A stretch of 64,000 nt of DNA from Octopus vulgaris (GCA_951406725.2 CATOCA020000001.1:5084001-5148000); one strand, 5' to 3'; shown: positions 1 to 16,095, numbered from the stretch's first letter. Notes: generated by a model from the sequence alone, not told the origin. Translations and numbers: made by a program.

Positions 1-280
1 CATCATCATCATCATCATCACCACCATGCTGAAAATAGCAGCCATTATCTGACTCTAAAACAACCTTAAGTCAATCTTAAGTCAAAACAGGTAGACAATC
101 TAGTTTATCTAATCCCCCTCTCTATAAAGCTGTTCAATGTTCATTCTCACTCACTTTTTGACTCTTTCTCACTCTCTGTCTGACTCGCTCCCAGCAAAGA
201 AGGACATTGTGGAAGACAATTTAAATGCTAGAAATAGCAGCAAAACAACTCCTTAGAAATATGCTATGATGATTTTAACA

Positions 281-693
<413 letters not shown>

Positions 694-962
694 TTCATCC
701 TTGTTATTTCGTCAACCCTGAAATGATAAAGTAGTGTTGGCATTAATAGAATTCGAACCCAGAATGTAGGCTCCCAGCAAATAGCTATAAATAATACCAA
801 CAGGATATGTGGTTATCAAGACATAGCAGTAATTGAGGCTATGTGTGTGTGTGCCCGTGCATGCGTGTGGGCGACTGTTTCGATTTTTTGTGTTTGTGTA
901 TGTGTATATATATGCGCATGTATGTATGTATATATATATCTATCTATCACACTCTCTCTCCC

Positions 963-1054
<92 letters not shown>

Positions 1055-1130
1055 CCCGATGTACTTGTGCTCATAATATATTTATATATACAAATATATA
1101 CATTCATATATAGAAAGCTGAAAAGTGACA

Positions 1131-1385
1131 CGTGGCTGTGTGGTGAGAAGCTTGCTTGCCTACCATATTGTTCTGAGTTCAATCTCACTGCGTGGCACCT
1201 TTGGCGAGTGTCTTATTCTATAGCCACGGGCTGACCGAAAGAAGCCCATCGGATGTATATATATGTGTTTGTGCTAGCGTTTAACAACGCACTATCGCTT
1301 CACAACCAATGCTGTTGTGTTTAGGTCCCCGTAACTTTGCGGTTCGGCCAAAGCTCCCGATAGAATAACTACTAGACTTAAAAAG
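1131..1385 (+). mobile_element. Degenerate tRNA-derived SINE (older copy; present in every unit at the same offset)
   Basis: gtggctgtgtggtgagaagcttgc...gagttcaatctcactgcgtggcacctttggcgagtgtctt...ccgatagaataa is collinear with, but diverged from, the intact SINEs at 21844 and 22239. Confidence 0.8.
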
Positions 1386-1407
1386 CAAGCAAATACATAC
1401 ATATATA

Positions 1408-1533
1408 ACCAACCACATGGTTCCGGGTTCAGTCCCACTGCGTGGCATCTTGGGCAAGAGTTTTCTGCTATAGCCCCGGGCCGTCCAATGCCTTGTGAGT
1501 GGATTTGGTAGACAGAAACTGAAAGAAGCCTGT

Positions 1534-1574
<41 letters not shown>

Positions 1575-1774
1575 GTGTCTGTGTTTGTTCCCCTAGTATT
1601 ACTTGACAACCGATGCTGGTGTGATTCCGTCCCCGTTACTTAGCGGTTCGGCAAAAAGAGACCGATAGAATAAGTACCGGGCTTACAAAAAGAATAAGTC
1701 CCGGGGTCGATTTGCTCGATTAAAGGCGGTGCTCCAGCATGGCCACAGTCAACTGACTGAAACAAGTAAAAGAG
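1408..1774 (+). mobile_element. 5'-truncated tRNA-derived SINE (short-unit version; also ~7519-7882, 13674-14034, 28440-28810, 43767-44129, 49887-50249)
   Basis: Starts at accaaccacatggttccgggttcagtccc (B box kept, A box lost). Ends in ...gactgaaacaagtaaaagag. Same 3' flank as the full copy at 22239. Confidence 0.88.
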
Positions 1775-2104
1775 TATATTTGTGTGCAAGTGTTTAGGTG
1801 TGTGCAACCATTTATGAATGTATGTATGCATATATGTAGGGATATATTTATTTACAAATATATATTCATGTATGTGTGTGTGCCTGTGTATTACTGTGGC
1901 TTACGATTGTATTTCGTTCTGTAGCCATTACTTAATAAATAAATCTTTATTTCTTTAGTTTGAAAGAAAAGGAAGGGACACAAAACTTTTATAATGTTGT
2001 ATGATTTTCACAACTTACCACATTTATATATTGTCATTTAAGCCCAATTGCCTTAAATTCGGGACATACTCTCTCTTTCTCTCTATCTCTCTCCCTCTCT
2101 CTCT

Positions 2105-2153
<49 letters not shown>

Positions 2154-2190
2154 ATATATATATATTTATATATATATGTACGTATGTATG

Positions 2191-2228
<38 letters not shown>

Positions 2229-2260
2229 AATATATATATGTACGTATATATATATATATA

Positions 2261-2300
<40 letters not shown>

Positions 2301-2362
2301 TATATACATATATATGTACATAAATATATATATATTTACATACGTATATACGTAGATACATT

Positions 2363-2394
<32 letters not shown>

Positions 2395-2720
2395 CTTGGA
2401 TGTTCATCAGTGTTTTGTTTCTTTCTATTTACATATATAAATATTTTATATATCACTCCCAAGAAGTCCTATTTTTTTAGTTTTCATCTTTCCTGTCTCT
2501 CTCCTTCTCTTCCGCTCTCTCTCACTTTCTTCATTTATACAAATCATATACATACATAGAAATATACATAATTGCATGTATACACAATAAGAAACATATA
2601 TACATGCATCTTACATACACACACAGAAACATATATACATAGATCATACATACATACATACACTCACGCATACATACATACACAAGGCCCGAAAATTTTC
2701 GGGGAGGGGACCAGTCGATA

Positions 2721-2800
2721 AGATCACCTACAATCAAACTACAAAGAAAGAATGTTCCCTAGAGAATATTCTTTCTTTGTAGTTTGATAGTAGGTGATCT
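2721..2800. repeat. 37-bp-arm hairpin with 6-nt loop (also at 8820, 14971, 23624, 29752, 38913, 45073, 51197, 59720)
   Basis: agatcacctacaatcaaactacaaagaaagaatgttc-cctaga-gaatattctttctttgtagtttgatagtaggtgatct. One mismatch plus one G.T; the G.T is G-C in long units. Confidence 0.93.
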
Positions 2801-2954
2801 ATTTCTAGCATATAGCTGTCCACATAGTGGTTTTTAGCTCTTAATATACACATATATTAGAATTTTCTCTGATTTTTCAGACTTTTTTATGCTAGGCAAC
2901 TGGTTTTAAATTGATATTAATTAAATTAATATTCAATTCATCTCCCTCATTATT

Positions 2955-3016
<62 letters not shown>

Positions 3017-3020
3017 AATG

Positions 3021-3117
<97 letters not shown>

Positions 3118-3139
3118 TGTGTGTGTATGCATACATACA

Positions 3140-3175
<36 letters not shown>

Positions 3176-3361
3176 TATATATGTGTGTGTATGTATATAT
3201 GTATGTATGTATGCATACACACACACACATATACATGCATATATATATTCATATATATACACATGTGTATATTAAGGGCTAAAAGCCACTATGTGGACAG
3301 CCATATGCTAGAAATAGATCACCTACGATCAAACTACAAAGAAAGAATGTTCTCTAGGGAA
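2755..3361. repeat. ~99-bp inverted repeat (arms 2755-2853 and 3263-3361), in every full unit
   Basis: The left arm equals the reverse complement of the right arm with 5 mismatches by manual count (3 in long units). The ~410-bp spacer is mostly microsatellite. Confidence 0.92.
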
Positions 3362-3573
3362 TACATGTGTATTTTAATGTGCATACATACATACATATAT
3401 ATATAAATATGCATACATACATACATACATGCATACATGCATACATTCATTCATAGATACATACATACATTCATACATACATACATACATACATACATGT
3501 AGGGTGAATGTATGTTTGATTAAAGTTATATGTGTGTATATTGTAGCGTGAGTGTTAGCGAGTAGAGAGAGAC

Positions 3574-3646
<73 letters not shown>

Positions 3647-3772
3647 GGGCTTAGTAAAATAAATTACTTTGCCACATACTGAACTTGCTAGAAATAGCAG
3701 CCCCAAAAAGTTTTTTTGCCATTTCCACTACTTAAAGAAAATTTCTCTCAGATAATTTTACCCTCAATTGTT

Positions 3773-3803
<31 letters not shown>

Positions 3804-3813
3804 ACATATATAC

Positions 3814-3879
<66 letters not shown>

Positions 3880-3929
3880 ATATATATATATATATGCACA
3901 TATATATATATATACTTATATATCTAAAC

Positions 3930-3992
<63 letters not shown>

Positions 3993-3996
<4 letters not shown>

Positions 3997-4398
3997 TGTG
4001 TGGTAAGTAGCTTGCTAACAAACTACATGGTTCCGGGTTCAGTCACACTGCGTGGCATCTTGGGCAAGTGTCTTCTGCTATAGCCTCGGGCCGACCAATG
4101 CCTTGTGAGTGGATTTCGTAGACGGAAACTGAAAGAAGCCTGTCGTATATATGTATATATGTATAAGTGTGTGTGTATATTTTTGTGTGTCTGTGTTTGT
4201 CCCCCTAGCATTGCTTTACAACCGATTCTGGTGTGTTTACGTCCCCGTCACTTAGCGGTTTGGAAAAACAGACCGATAGAATAAGTATTGGGCTTACAAA
4301 GATTAAGTCCCGGGGTCGATTTGCTCGACTAAAGGCGTTGCTCCAGCATGGCTGCACTCAAATGACTGAAACAAGTAAAAGAGTAAAAGAGTAAAGAG
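3993..4398 (+). mobile_element. tRNA-derived SINE, near full length (also 10144-10551, 16273-16678, 24941-25346, 31044-31450, 40264-40669, 46390-46795, 52477-52882, 61020-61425)
   Basis: Pol III A-box-like tggctgtgtgg, B-box-like ggttcagtc, CORE-like ttgggcaagt segment, internal TA/TG tract, (gtaaaaga)n tail; flanked by (TA)n. Confidence 0.9.
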
Positions 4399-4563
4399 TA
4401 TATATATATACATATATATATATGTACACATATATCTATACATCTAGCTATTTATCTATCTATCTATATATATATAATATATACTTTATAAAGCATATTA
4501 CTCTACCACTGGTATTTGAGTACTCTTTTTTTCCACCTTGTTTCACATTTATGTGTTTACTCC

Positions 4564-4617
<54 letters not shown>

Positions 4618-5202
4618 TTAGAGATAGTATAAAATCTTTATAAGGATTTATCAAGTAGTTAGCGTGAAAAGCGTCTTAAGAGAAAAATCCACCATCTTTT
4701 TCATTTAAATGTATTTTTTTATATTATATAGAGGGCATTACTATACATAAATGCCACACGCTAGGAGGAATTCATAAAGTCAGAACTACCAAAATATATA
4801 AACACATTGTAAAAGTATTATTTATAGCTGAATGTTCTTCTTGACACTAATAAACCTAACAACAGTCATCGTGTTGTGTCTCTAGGTTAGCTATATTCCT
4901 CTGCTTACATCTTGAGCTACAAATCTGTGGATCATACCCCAGCTAGGGTGGGGGGCTCTTTATATGAAAAATAAATTGATTCTCTAAAGAAAGGTAGATT
5001 TATGAAAACTAGTAAAAGAATCAATGACACAGAATTTGTACAATAAAACCTCCGGTATTGATCTTTGATCTGATCTCATCTACGTTGCTAATATTTCGAC
5101 AGACACTATCAACAAGTGCTTACTTAATAAATTTTTGTAAATATCTTTATGACTATTTCACAATTATTTAATAAATTTCCATTATATATATATATATGTA
5201 TG

Positions 5203-5290
<88 letters not shown>

Positions 5291-5315
5291 CATATATATA
5301 TATATATGTATATAC

Positions 5316-5410
<95 letters not shown>

Positions 5411-5412
<2 letters not shown>

Positions 5413-6050
5413 ACCACTGATGGTCCTATGGAAAACATTCGTCCTCAGCCGCTTGGACTACTGCTCCCAACTTTGGTCACCACACAATATAAAACAAACA
5501 GCAGAACTCGAAGCAATTCAGAGAAGCTACACAAAGAAAATCGTCTCAATGCAAAATATCAGCTACTGGGAAAGACTGAAGGTATTAAACCTCTTCTCCC
5601 TAGAGCGGAGGCGGGAGAGATATGCAGTGATATACATCTGGAAAATCCTGGAGGGTCTTGTCCCAAAATTTGGCATTCAAAGTTACTCCAACCGCAGAAC
5701 GGGGCGCCGCTGCGTGGTGCCAAGGATTCCAACATCACCATCAAAATACAGGCCCAGATACTGCAACAGCTTGGGTTTCAGAGGACCACAGCTCTTTAAC
5801 ATCCTCCCTAAATGCCTGAGAGACTTACATGGTGTGGATGTGGGTTTCTTTAAAACTAAACTGGATCTCTTCTTGTTGGGAGTCCCAGATGAACCTACCT
5901 CACGACAGGAGACGCGGATGCGGGCAGCAGCATCGAACTCCCTTGTTGATCAAGTGCCACGTATCAGAGGTGGATTCACAAACTAGTGTAGCTCATTCAG
6001 CGGTGGTGCCCCAGCATGGCCGCGGCCTTCGGGCAAAAACATTTTTTTAA

Positions 6051-6052
<2 letters not shown>
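5411..6052 (+). mobile_element. 3' fragment of CR1-like non-LTR retrotransposon (ORF2 C-terminus, stop 5986, short 3' UTR)
   Basis: [20 protein letters not shown]...[12 protein letters not shown]...[20 protein letters not shown] matches the post-RT region typical of CR1-group ORF2. 5'-truncated against (TA)n. Confidence 0.88.
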
Positions 6053-6098
<46 letters not shown>

Positions 6099-6109
6099 TT
6101 ATATACTAA

Positions 6110-6141
<32 letters not shown>

Positions 6142-6592
6142 CCACCATGCTGAAAATAGCAGCCATTATCTGACTCTAAAACAACCTTAAGTCAATCTTA
6201 AGTCAAAACAGGTAGACAATCTAGTTTATCTAATCCCCCTCTCTATAAAGCTGTTCAATGTTCATTCTCACTCACTTTTTGACTCTTTCTCACTCTCTGT
6301 CTGACTCGCTCCCAGCAAAGAAGGACATTGTGGAAGACAATTTAAATGCTAGAAATAGCAGCAAAACAACTCCTTAGAAATATGCTATGATGATTTTAAC
6401 AATATATATATATATATATTTATTTATATATATATATGTATATATATATGTGTGTGTGTATATATATACATGTATATATGTGTGTATATATATATCTATA
6501 TATTTACTTATATATATATATATGTGTGTGTGCATATATATATATGTATGTATATGTGTATGTATATATATATATTTATATACATGCAAGTA

Positions 6593-6640
<48 letters not shown>

Positions 6641-6647
6641 TATATGA

Positions 6648-6678
<31 letters not shown>

Positions 6679-6732
6679 TCATCAGACATATGGAATATAT
6701 ATATATATATATATATACATGCAATATATATA

Positions 6733-6820
<88 letters not shown>

Positions 6821-7084
6821 TTCATCCTTGTTATTTCGTCAACCCTGAAATGATAAAGTAGTGTTGGCATTAATAGAATTCGAACCCAGAATGTAGGCTC
6901 CCAGCAAATAGCTATAAATAATACCAACAGGATATGTGGTTATCAAGACATAGCAGTAATTGAGGCTATGTGTGTGTGTGCCCGTGCATGCGTGTGGGCG
7001 ACTGTTTCGATTTTTTGTGTTTGTGTATGTGTATATATATGCGCATGTATGTATGTATATATATATCTATCTATCACACTCTCT

Positions 7085-7165
<81 letters not shown>

Positions 7166-7647
7166 CCCGATGTACTTGTGCTCATAATATATTTATATAT
7201 ACAAATATATACATTCATATATAGAAAGCTGAAAAGTGACACGTGGCTGTGTGGTGAGAAGCTTGCTTGCCTACCATATTGTTCTGAGTTCAATCTCACT
7301 GCGTGGCACCTTTGGCGAGTGTCTTATTCTATAGCCACGGGCTGACCGAAAGAAGCCCATCGGATGTATATATATGTGTTTGTGCTAGCGTTTAACAACG
7401 CACTATCGCTTCACAACCAATGCTGTTGTGTTTAGGTCCCCGTAACTTTGCGGTTCGGCCAAAGCTCCCGATAGAATAACTACTAGACTTAAAAAGTAAG
7501 CAAATACATACATATATAACCAACCACATGGTTCCGGGTTCAGTCCCACTGCGTGGCATCTTGGGCAAGAGTTTTCTGCTATAGCCCCGGGCCGTCCAAT
7601 GCCTTGTAGAGTGGATTTGGTAGACAGAAACTGAAAGAAGCCTGTCG

Positions 7648-7686
<39 letters not shown>

Positions 7687-8212
7687 CTGTGTTTGTTCCC
7701 CTAGTATTACTTGACAACCGATGCTGGTGTGATTCCGTCCCCGTTACTTAGCGGTTCGGCAAAAAGAGACCGATAGAATAAGTACCGGGCTTACAAAAAG
7801 AATAAGTCCCGGGGTCGATTTGCTCGATTAAAGGCGGTGCTCCAGCATGACCACAGTCAACTGACTGAAACAAGTAAAAGAGTATATTTGTGTGCAAGTG
7901 TTTAGGTGTGTGCAACCATTTATGAATGTATGTATGCATATATGTAGGGATATATTTATTTACAAATATATATTCATGTATGTGTGTGTGCCTGTGTATT
8001 ACTGTGGCTTACGATTGTATTTCGTTCTGTAGCCATTACTTAATAAATAAATCTTTATTTCTTTAGTTTGAAAGAAAAGGAAGGGACACAAAACTTTTAT
8101 AATGTTGTATGATTTTCACAACTTACCACATTTACATATTGTCATTTAAGCCCAATTGCCTTAAATTCGGGACATACTCTCTCTTTCTCTCTATCTCTCT
8201 CCCTCTCTCTCT

Positions 8213-8262
<50 letters not shown>

Positions 8263-8296
8263 TATATATATTTATATATATATGTACGTATGTATG

Positions 8297-8343
<47 letters not shown>

Positions 8344-8360
8344 GTATATATATATATATA

Positions 8361-8398
<38 letters not shown>

Positions 8399-8460
8399 TA
8401 TATACATATATATGTACATAAATATATATATATTTACATACGTATATACGTAGATACATT

Positions 8461-8494
<34 letters not shown>

Positions 8495-9053
8495 CTTGGA
8501 TGTTCATCAGTGTTTTGTTTCTTTCTATTTACATATATAAATATTTTATATATCACTCCCAAGAAGTCCTATTTTTTAGTTTTCATCTTTCCTGTCTCTC
8601 TCCTTCTCTTCCGCTCTCTCTCACTTTCTTCATTTATACAAATCATATACATACATAGAAATATACATAATTGCATGTATACACAATAAGAAACATATAT
8701 ACATGCATCTTACATACACACACAGAAACATATATACATAGATCATACATACATACATACACTCACGCATACATACATACACAAGGCCCGAAAATTTTCG
8801 GGGAGGGGACCAGTCGATAAGATCACCTACAATCAAACTACAAAGAAAGAATGTTCCCTAGAGAATATTCTTTCTTTGTAGTTTGATAGTAGGTGATCTA
8901 TTTCTAGCATATAGCTGTCCACATAGTGGTTTTTAGCTCTTAATATACACATATATTAGAATTTTCTCTGATTTTTCAGACTTTTTTATGCTAGGCAACT
9001 GGTTTTAAATTGATATTAATTAAATTAATATTCAATTCATCTCCCTCATTATT

Positions 9054-9235
<182 letters not shown>

Positions 9236-9257
9236 TGTGTGTGTATGCATACATACA

Positions 9258-9293
<36 letters not shown>

Positions 9294-9691
9294 TATATAT
9301 GTGTGTGTATGTATATATGTATGTATGTATGCATACACACACACACATATACATGCATATATATATTCATATATATACACATGTGTATATTAAGGGCTAA
9401 AAGCCACTATGTGGACAGCCATATGCTAGAAATAGATCACCTACGATCAAACTACAAAGAAAGAATGTTCTCTAGGGAATACATGTGTATATTAATGTGC
9501 ATACATACATACATATATATATAAATATGCATACATACATACATACATGCATACATGCATACATTCATTCATAGATACATACATACATTCATACATACAT
9601 ACATACATACATACATGTAGGGTGAATGTATGTTTGATTAAAGTTATATGTGTGTATATTGTAGCGTGAGTGTTAGCGAGTAGAGAGAGAC

Positions 9692-9763
<72 letters not shown>

Positions 9764-9893
9764 ATTAGGGCTTAGTAAAATAAATTACTTTGCCACATAC
9801 TGAACTTGCTAGAAATAGCAGCCCCAAAAAAAAGTTTTTTTGCCATTTCCACTACTTAAAGAAAATTTCTCTCAGATAATTTTACCCTCAATT

Positions 9894-9951
<58 letters not shown>

Positions 9952-9953
9952 TA

Positions 9954-10032
<79 letters not shown>

Positions 10033-10059
10033 ATATATATATATATATATCTATATATA

Positions 10060-10147
<88 letters not shown>

Positions 10148-10721
10148 TGTGTGGTAAGTAGCTTGCTAACAAACTACATGGTTCCGGGTTCAGTCACACT
10201 GCGTGGCATCTTGGGCAAGTTGTCTTCTGCTATAGCCTCGGGCCGACCAATGCCTTGTGAGTGGATTTCGTAGACGGAAACTGAAAGAAGCCTGTCGTAT
10301 ATATGTATATATGTATAAGTGTGTGTGTATATTTTTGTGTGTCTGTGTTTGTCCCCCCTAGCATTGCTTTACAACCGATTCTGGTGTGTTTACGTCCCCG
10401 TCACTTAGCGGTTTGGAAAAACAGACCGATAGAATAAGTATTGGGCTTACAAAGATTAAGTCCCGGGGTCGATTTGCTCGACTAAAGGCGTTGCTCCAGC
10501 ATGGCCGCACTCAAATGACTGAAACAAGTAAAAGAGTAAAAGAGTAAAGAGTATATATATATACATATATATATATATGTACACATATATCTATACATCT
10601 AGCTATTTATCTATCTATCTATATATATATAATATATACTTTATAAAGCATATTACTCTACCACTGGTATTTGAGTACTCTTTTTTTTCCACCTTGTTTC
10701 ACATTTATGTGTTTACTCCGG

Positions 10722-10752
<31 letters not shown>

Positions 10753-11340
10753 CAATTTAGAGATAGTATAAAATCTTTATAAGGATTTATCAAGTAGTTA
10801 GCGTGAAAAGCGTCTTAAGAGAAAAATCCACCATCTTTTTCATTTAAATGTATTTTTTATATTATATAGAGGGCATTACTATACATAAATGCCACACGCT
10901 AGGAGGAATTCATAAAGTCAGAACTACCAAAATATATAAACACATTGTAAAAGTATTATTTATAGCTGAATGTTCTTCTTGACACTAATAAACCTAACAA
11001 CAGTCATCGTGTTGTGTCTCTAGGTTAGCTATATTCCTCTGCTTACATCTTGAGCTACAAATCTGTGGATCATACCCCAGCTAGGGTGGGGGGCTCTTTA
11101 TATGAAAAATAAATTGATTCTCTAAAGAAAGGTAGATTTATGAAAACTAGTAAAAGAATCAATGACACAGAATTTGTACAATAAAACCTCCGGTATTGAT
11201 CTTTGATCTGATCTCATCTACGTTGCTAATATTTCGACAGACACTATCAACAAGTGCTTACTTAATAAATTTTTGTAAATATCTTTATGACTATTTCACA
11301 ATTATTTAATAAATTTCCATTATATATATATATATGTATG

Positions 11341-12251
<911 letters not shown>

Positions 12252-12740
12252 TTATATACTAACATCATCATCATCATCATCATCATCATCACCACCATGC
12301 TGAAAATAGCAGCCATTATCTGACTCTAAAACAACCTTAAGTCAATCTTAAGTCAAAACAGGTAGACAATCTAGTTTATCTAATCCCCCTCTCTATAAAG
12401 CTGTTCAATGTTCATTCTCACTCACTTTTTGACTCTTTCTCACTCTCTGTCTGACTCGCTCCCAGCAAAGAAGGACATTGTGGAAGACAATTTAAATGCT
12501 AGAAATAGCAGCAAAACAACTCCTTAGAAATATGCTATGATGATTTTAACAATATATATATATATATATTTATTTATATATATATATGTATATATATATG
12601 TGTGTGTGTATATATATACATGTATATATGTGTGTATATATATATCTATATATTTACTTATATATATATATATGTGTGTGCATATATATATATGTATGTA
12701 TATGTGTATGTATATATATATATTTATATACATGCAAGTA

Positions 12741-12788
<48 letters not shown>

Positions 12789-12792
12789 TATA

Positions 12793-12839
<47 letters not shown>

Positions 12840-12841
12840 GC

Positions 12842-12971
<130 letters not shown>

Positions 12972-13235
12972 TTCATCCTTGTTATTTCGTCAACCCTGAA
13001 ATGATAAAGTAGTGTTGGCATTAATAGAATTCGAACCCAGAATGTAGGCTCCCAGCAAATAGCTATAAATAATACCAACAGGATATGTGGTTATCAAGAC
13101 ATAGCAGTAATTGAGGCTATGTGTGTGTGTGCCCGTGCATGCGTGTGGGCGACTGTTTCGATTTTTTGTGTTTGTGTATGTGTATATATATGCGCATGTA
13201 TGTATGTATATATATATCTATCTATCACACTCTCT

Positions 13236-13320
<85 letters not shown>

Positions 13321-13797
13321 CCCGATGTACTTGTGCTCATAATATATTTATATATACAAATATATACATTCATATATAGAAAGCTGAAAAGTGACACGTG
13401 GCTGTGTGGTGAGAAGCTTGCTTGCCTACCATATTGTTCTGAGTTCAATCTCACTGCGTGGCACCTTTGGCGAGTGTCTTATTCTATAGCCACGGGCTGA
13501 CCGAAAGAAGCCCATCGGATGTATATATATGTGTTTGTGCTAGCGTTTAACAACGCACTATCGCTTCACAACCAATGCTGTTGTGTTTAGGTCCCCGTAA
13601 CTTTGCGGTTCGGCCAAAGCTCCCGATAGAATAACTACTAGACTTAAAAAGCAAGCAAATACATACATATATAACCAACCACATGGTTCCGGGTTCAGTC
13701 CCACTGCGTGGCATCTTGGGCAAGAGTTTTCTGCTATAGCCCCGGGCCGTCCAATGCCTTGTGAGGATTTGGTAGACAGAAACTGAAAGAAGCCTGT

Positions 13798-13838
<41 letters not shown>

Positions 13839-14361
13839 CTGTGTTTGTTCCCCTAGTATTACTTGACAACCGATGCTGGTGTGATTCCGTCCCCGTTACT
13901 TAGCGGTTCGGCAAAAAGAGACCGATAGAATAAGTACCGGGCTTACAAAAAGAATAAGTCCCGGGGTCGATTTGCTCGATTAAAGGCGGTGCTCCAGCAT
14001 GGCCACAGTCAACTGACTGAAACAAGTAAAAGAGTATATTTGTGTGCAAGTGTTTAGGTGTGTGCAACCATTTATGAATGTATGTATGCATATATGTAGG
14101 GATATATTTATTTACAAATATATATTCATGTATGTGTGTGTGCCTGTGTATTACTGTGGCTTACGATTGTATTTCGTTCTGTAGCCATTACTTAATAAAT
14201 AAAACTTTACTTCTTTAGTCTGAAAGAAAAGGAAGGGACACAAAACTTTTATAATGTTGTATGATTTTCACAACTTACCACATTTATATATTGTCATTTA
14301 AGCCCAATTGCCTTAAATTCGGGACATACTCTCTTTTCTCTCTATCTCTCTCCCTCTCTCT

Positions 14362-14416
<55 letters not shown>

Positions 14417-14450
14417 TATATATATTTATATATATATGTACGTATGTATG

Positions 14451-14483
<33 letters not shown>

Positions 14484-14612
14484 GTAAATATATATATGTA
14501 CGTATATATATATATATATGTACATATATATATATATATATATATGCACATATATACATATATATGTACATAAATATATATATATTTACATACGTATATA
14601 CGTAGATACATT

Positions 14613-14644
<32 letters not shown>

Positions 14645-15204
14645 CTAGGATGTTCATCAGTGTTTTGTTTCTTTCTATTTACATATATAAATATTTTATA
14701 TATCACTCCCAAGAAGTCCTATTTTTTTAGTTTTCATCTTTCCTGTCTCTCTCCTTCTCTTCCGCTCTCTCTCACTTTCTTCATTTATACAAATCATATA
14801 CATACATAGAAATATACATAATTGCATGTATACACAATAAGAAACATATATACATGCATCTTACATACACACACAGAAACATATATACATAGATCATACA
14901 TACATACATACACTCACGCATACATACATACACAAGGCCCGAAAATTTTCGGGGAGGGGACCAGTCGATAAGATCACCTACAATCAAACTACAAAGAAAG
15001 AATGTTCCCTAGAGAATATTCTTTCTTTGTAGTTTGATAGTAGGTGATCTATTTCTAGCATATAGCTGTCCACATAGTGGTTTTTAGCTCTTAATATACA
15101 CATATATTAGAATTTTCTCTGATTTTTCAGACTTTTTTATGCTAGGCTACTGGTTTTAAATTGATATTAATTAAATTAATATTCAATTCATCTCCCTCAT
15201 TATT

Positions 15205-15325
<121 letters not shown>

Positions 15326-15339
15326 AATATATATATATT

Positions 15340-15389
<50 letters not shown>

Positions 15390-15413
15390 CATATATGTGT
15401 GTGTATGCATACA

Positions 15414-15449
<36 letters not shown>

Positions 15450-15847
15450 TATATATGTGTGTGTATGTATATATGTATGTATGTATGCATACACACACAC
15501 ACATATACATGCATATATATATTCATATATATACACATGTGTATATTAAGGGCTAAAAGCCACTATGTGGACAGCCATATGCTAGAAATAGATCACCTAC
15601 GATCAAACTACAAAGAAAGAATGTTCTCTAGGGAATACATGTGTATTTTAATGTGCATACATACATACATATATATATAAATATGCATACATACATACAT
15701 ACATGCATACATGCATACATTCATTCATAGATACATACATACATTCATACATACATACATACATACATACATGTAGGGTGAATGTATGTTTGATTAAAGT
15801 TATATGTGTGTATATTGTAGCGTGAGTGTTAGCGAGTAGAGAGAGAC

Positions 15848-15895
<48 letters not shown>

Positions 15896-16025
15896 ATTAG
15901 GGCTTAGTAAAATAAATTACTTTGCCACATACTGAACTTGCTAGAAATAGCAGCCTCAAAAAAAGTTTTTTTTGCCATTTCCACTACTTAAAGAAAATTT
16001 CTCTCAGATAATTTTACCCTCAATT

Positions 16026-16088
<63 letters not shown>

Positions 16089-16095
16089 TATATAC

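Noticed and set aside
5149-5986. Long ORFs (200-279 aa) fusing a poly-(YI) N-terminus to the LINE peptide
   Set aside because: The fusion frame changes from unit to unit with TA tract length. Only the portion from GPLMVLW is real TE coding sequence.
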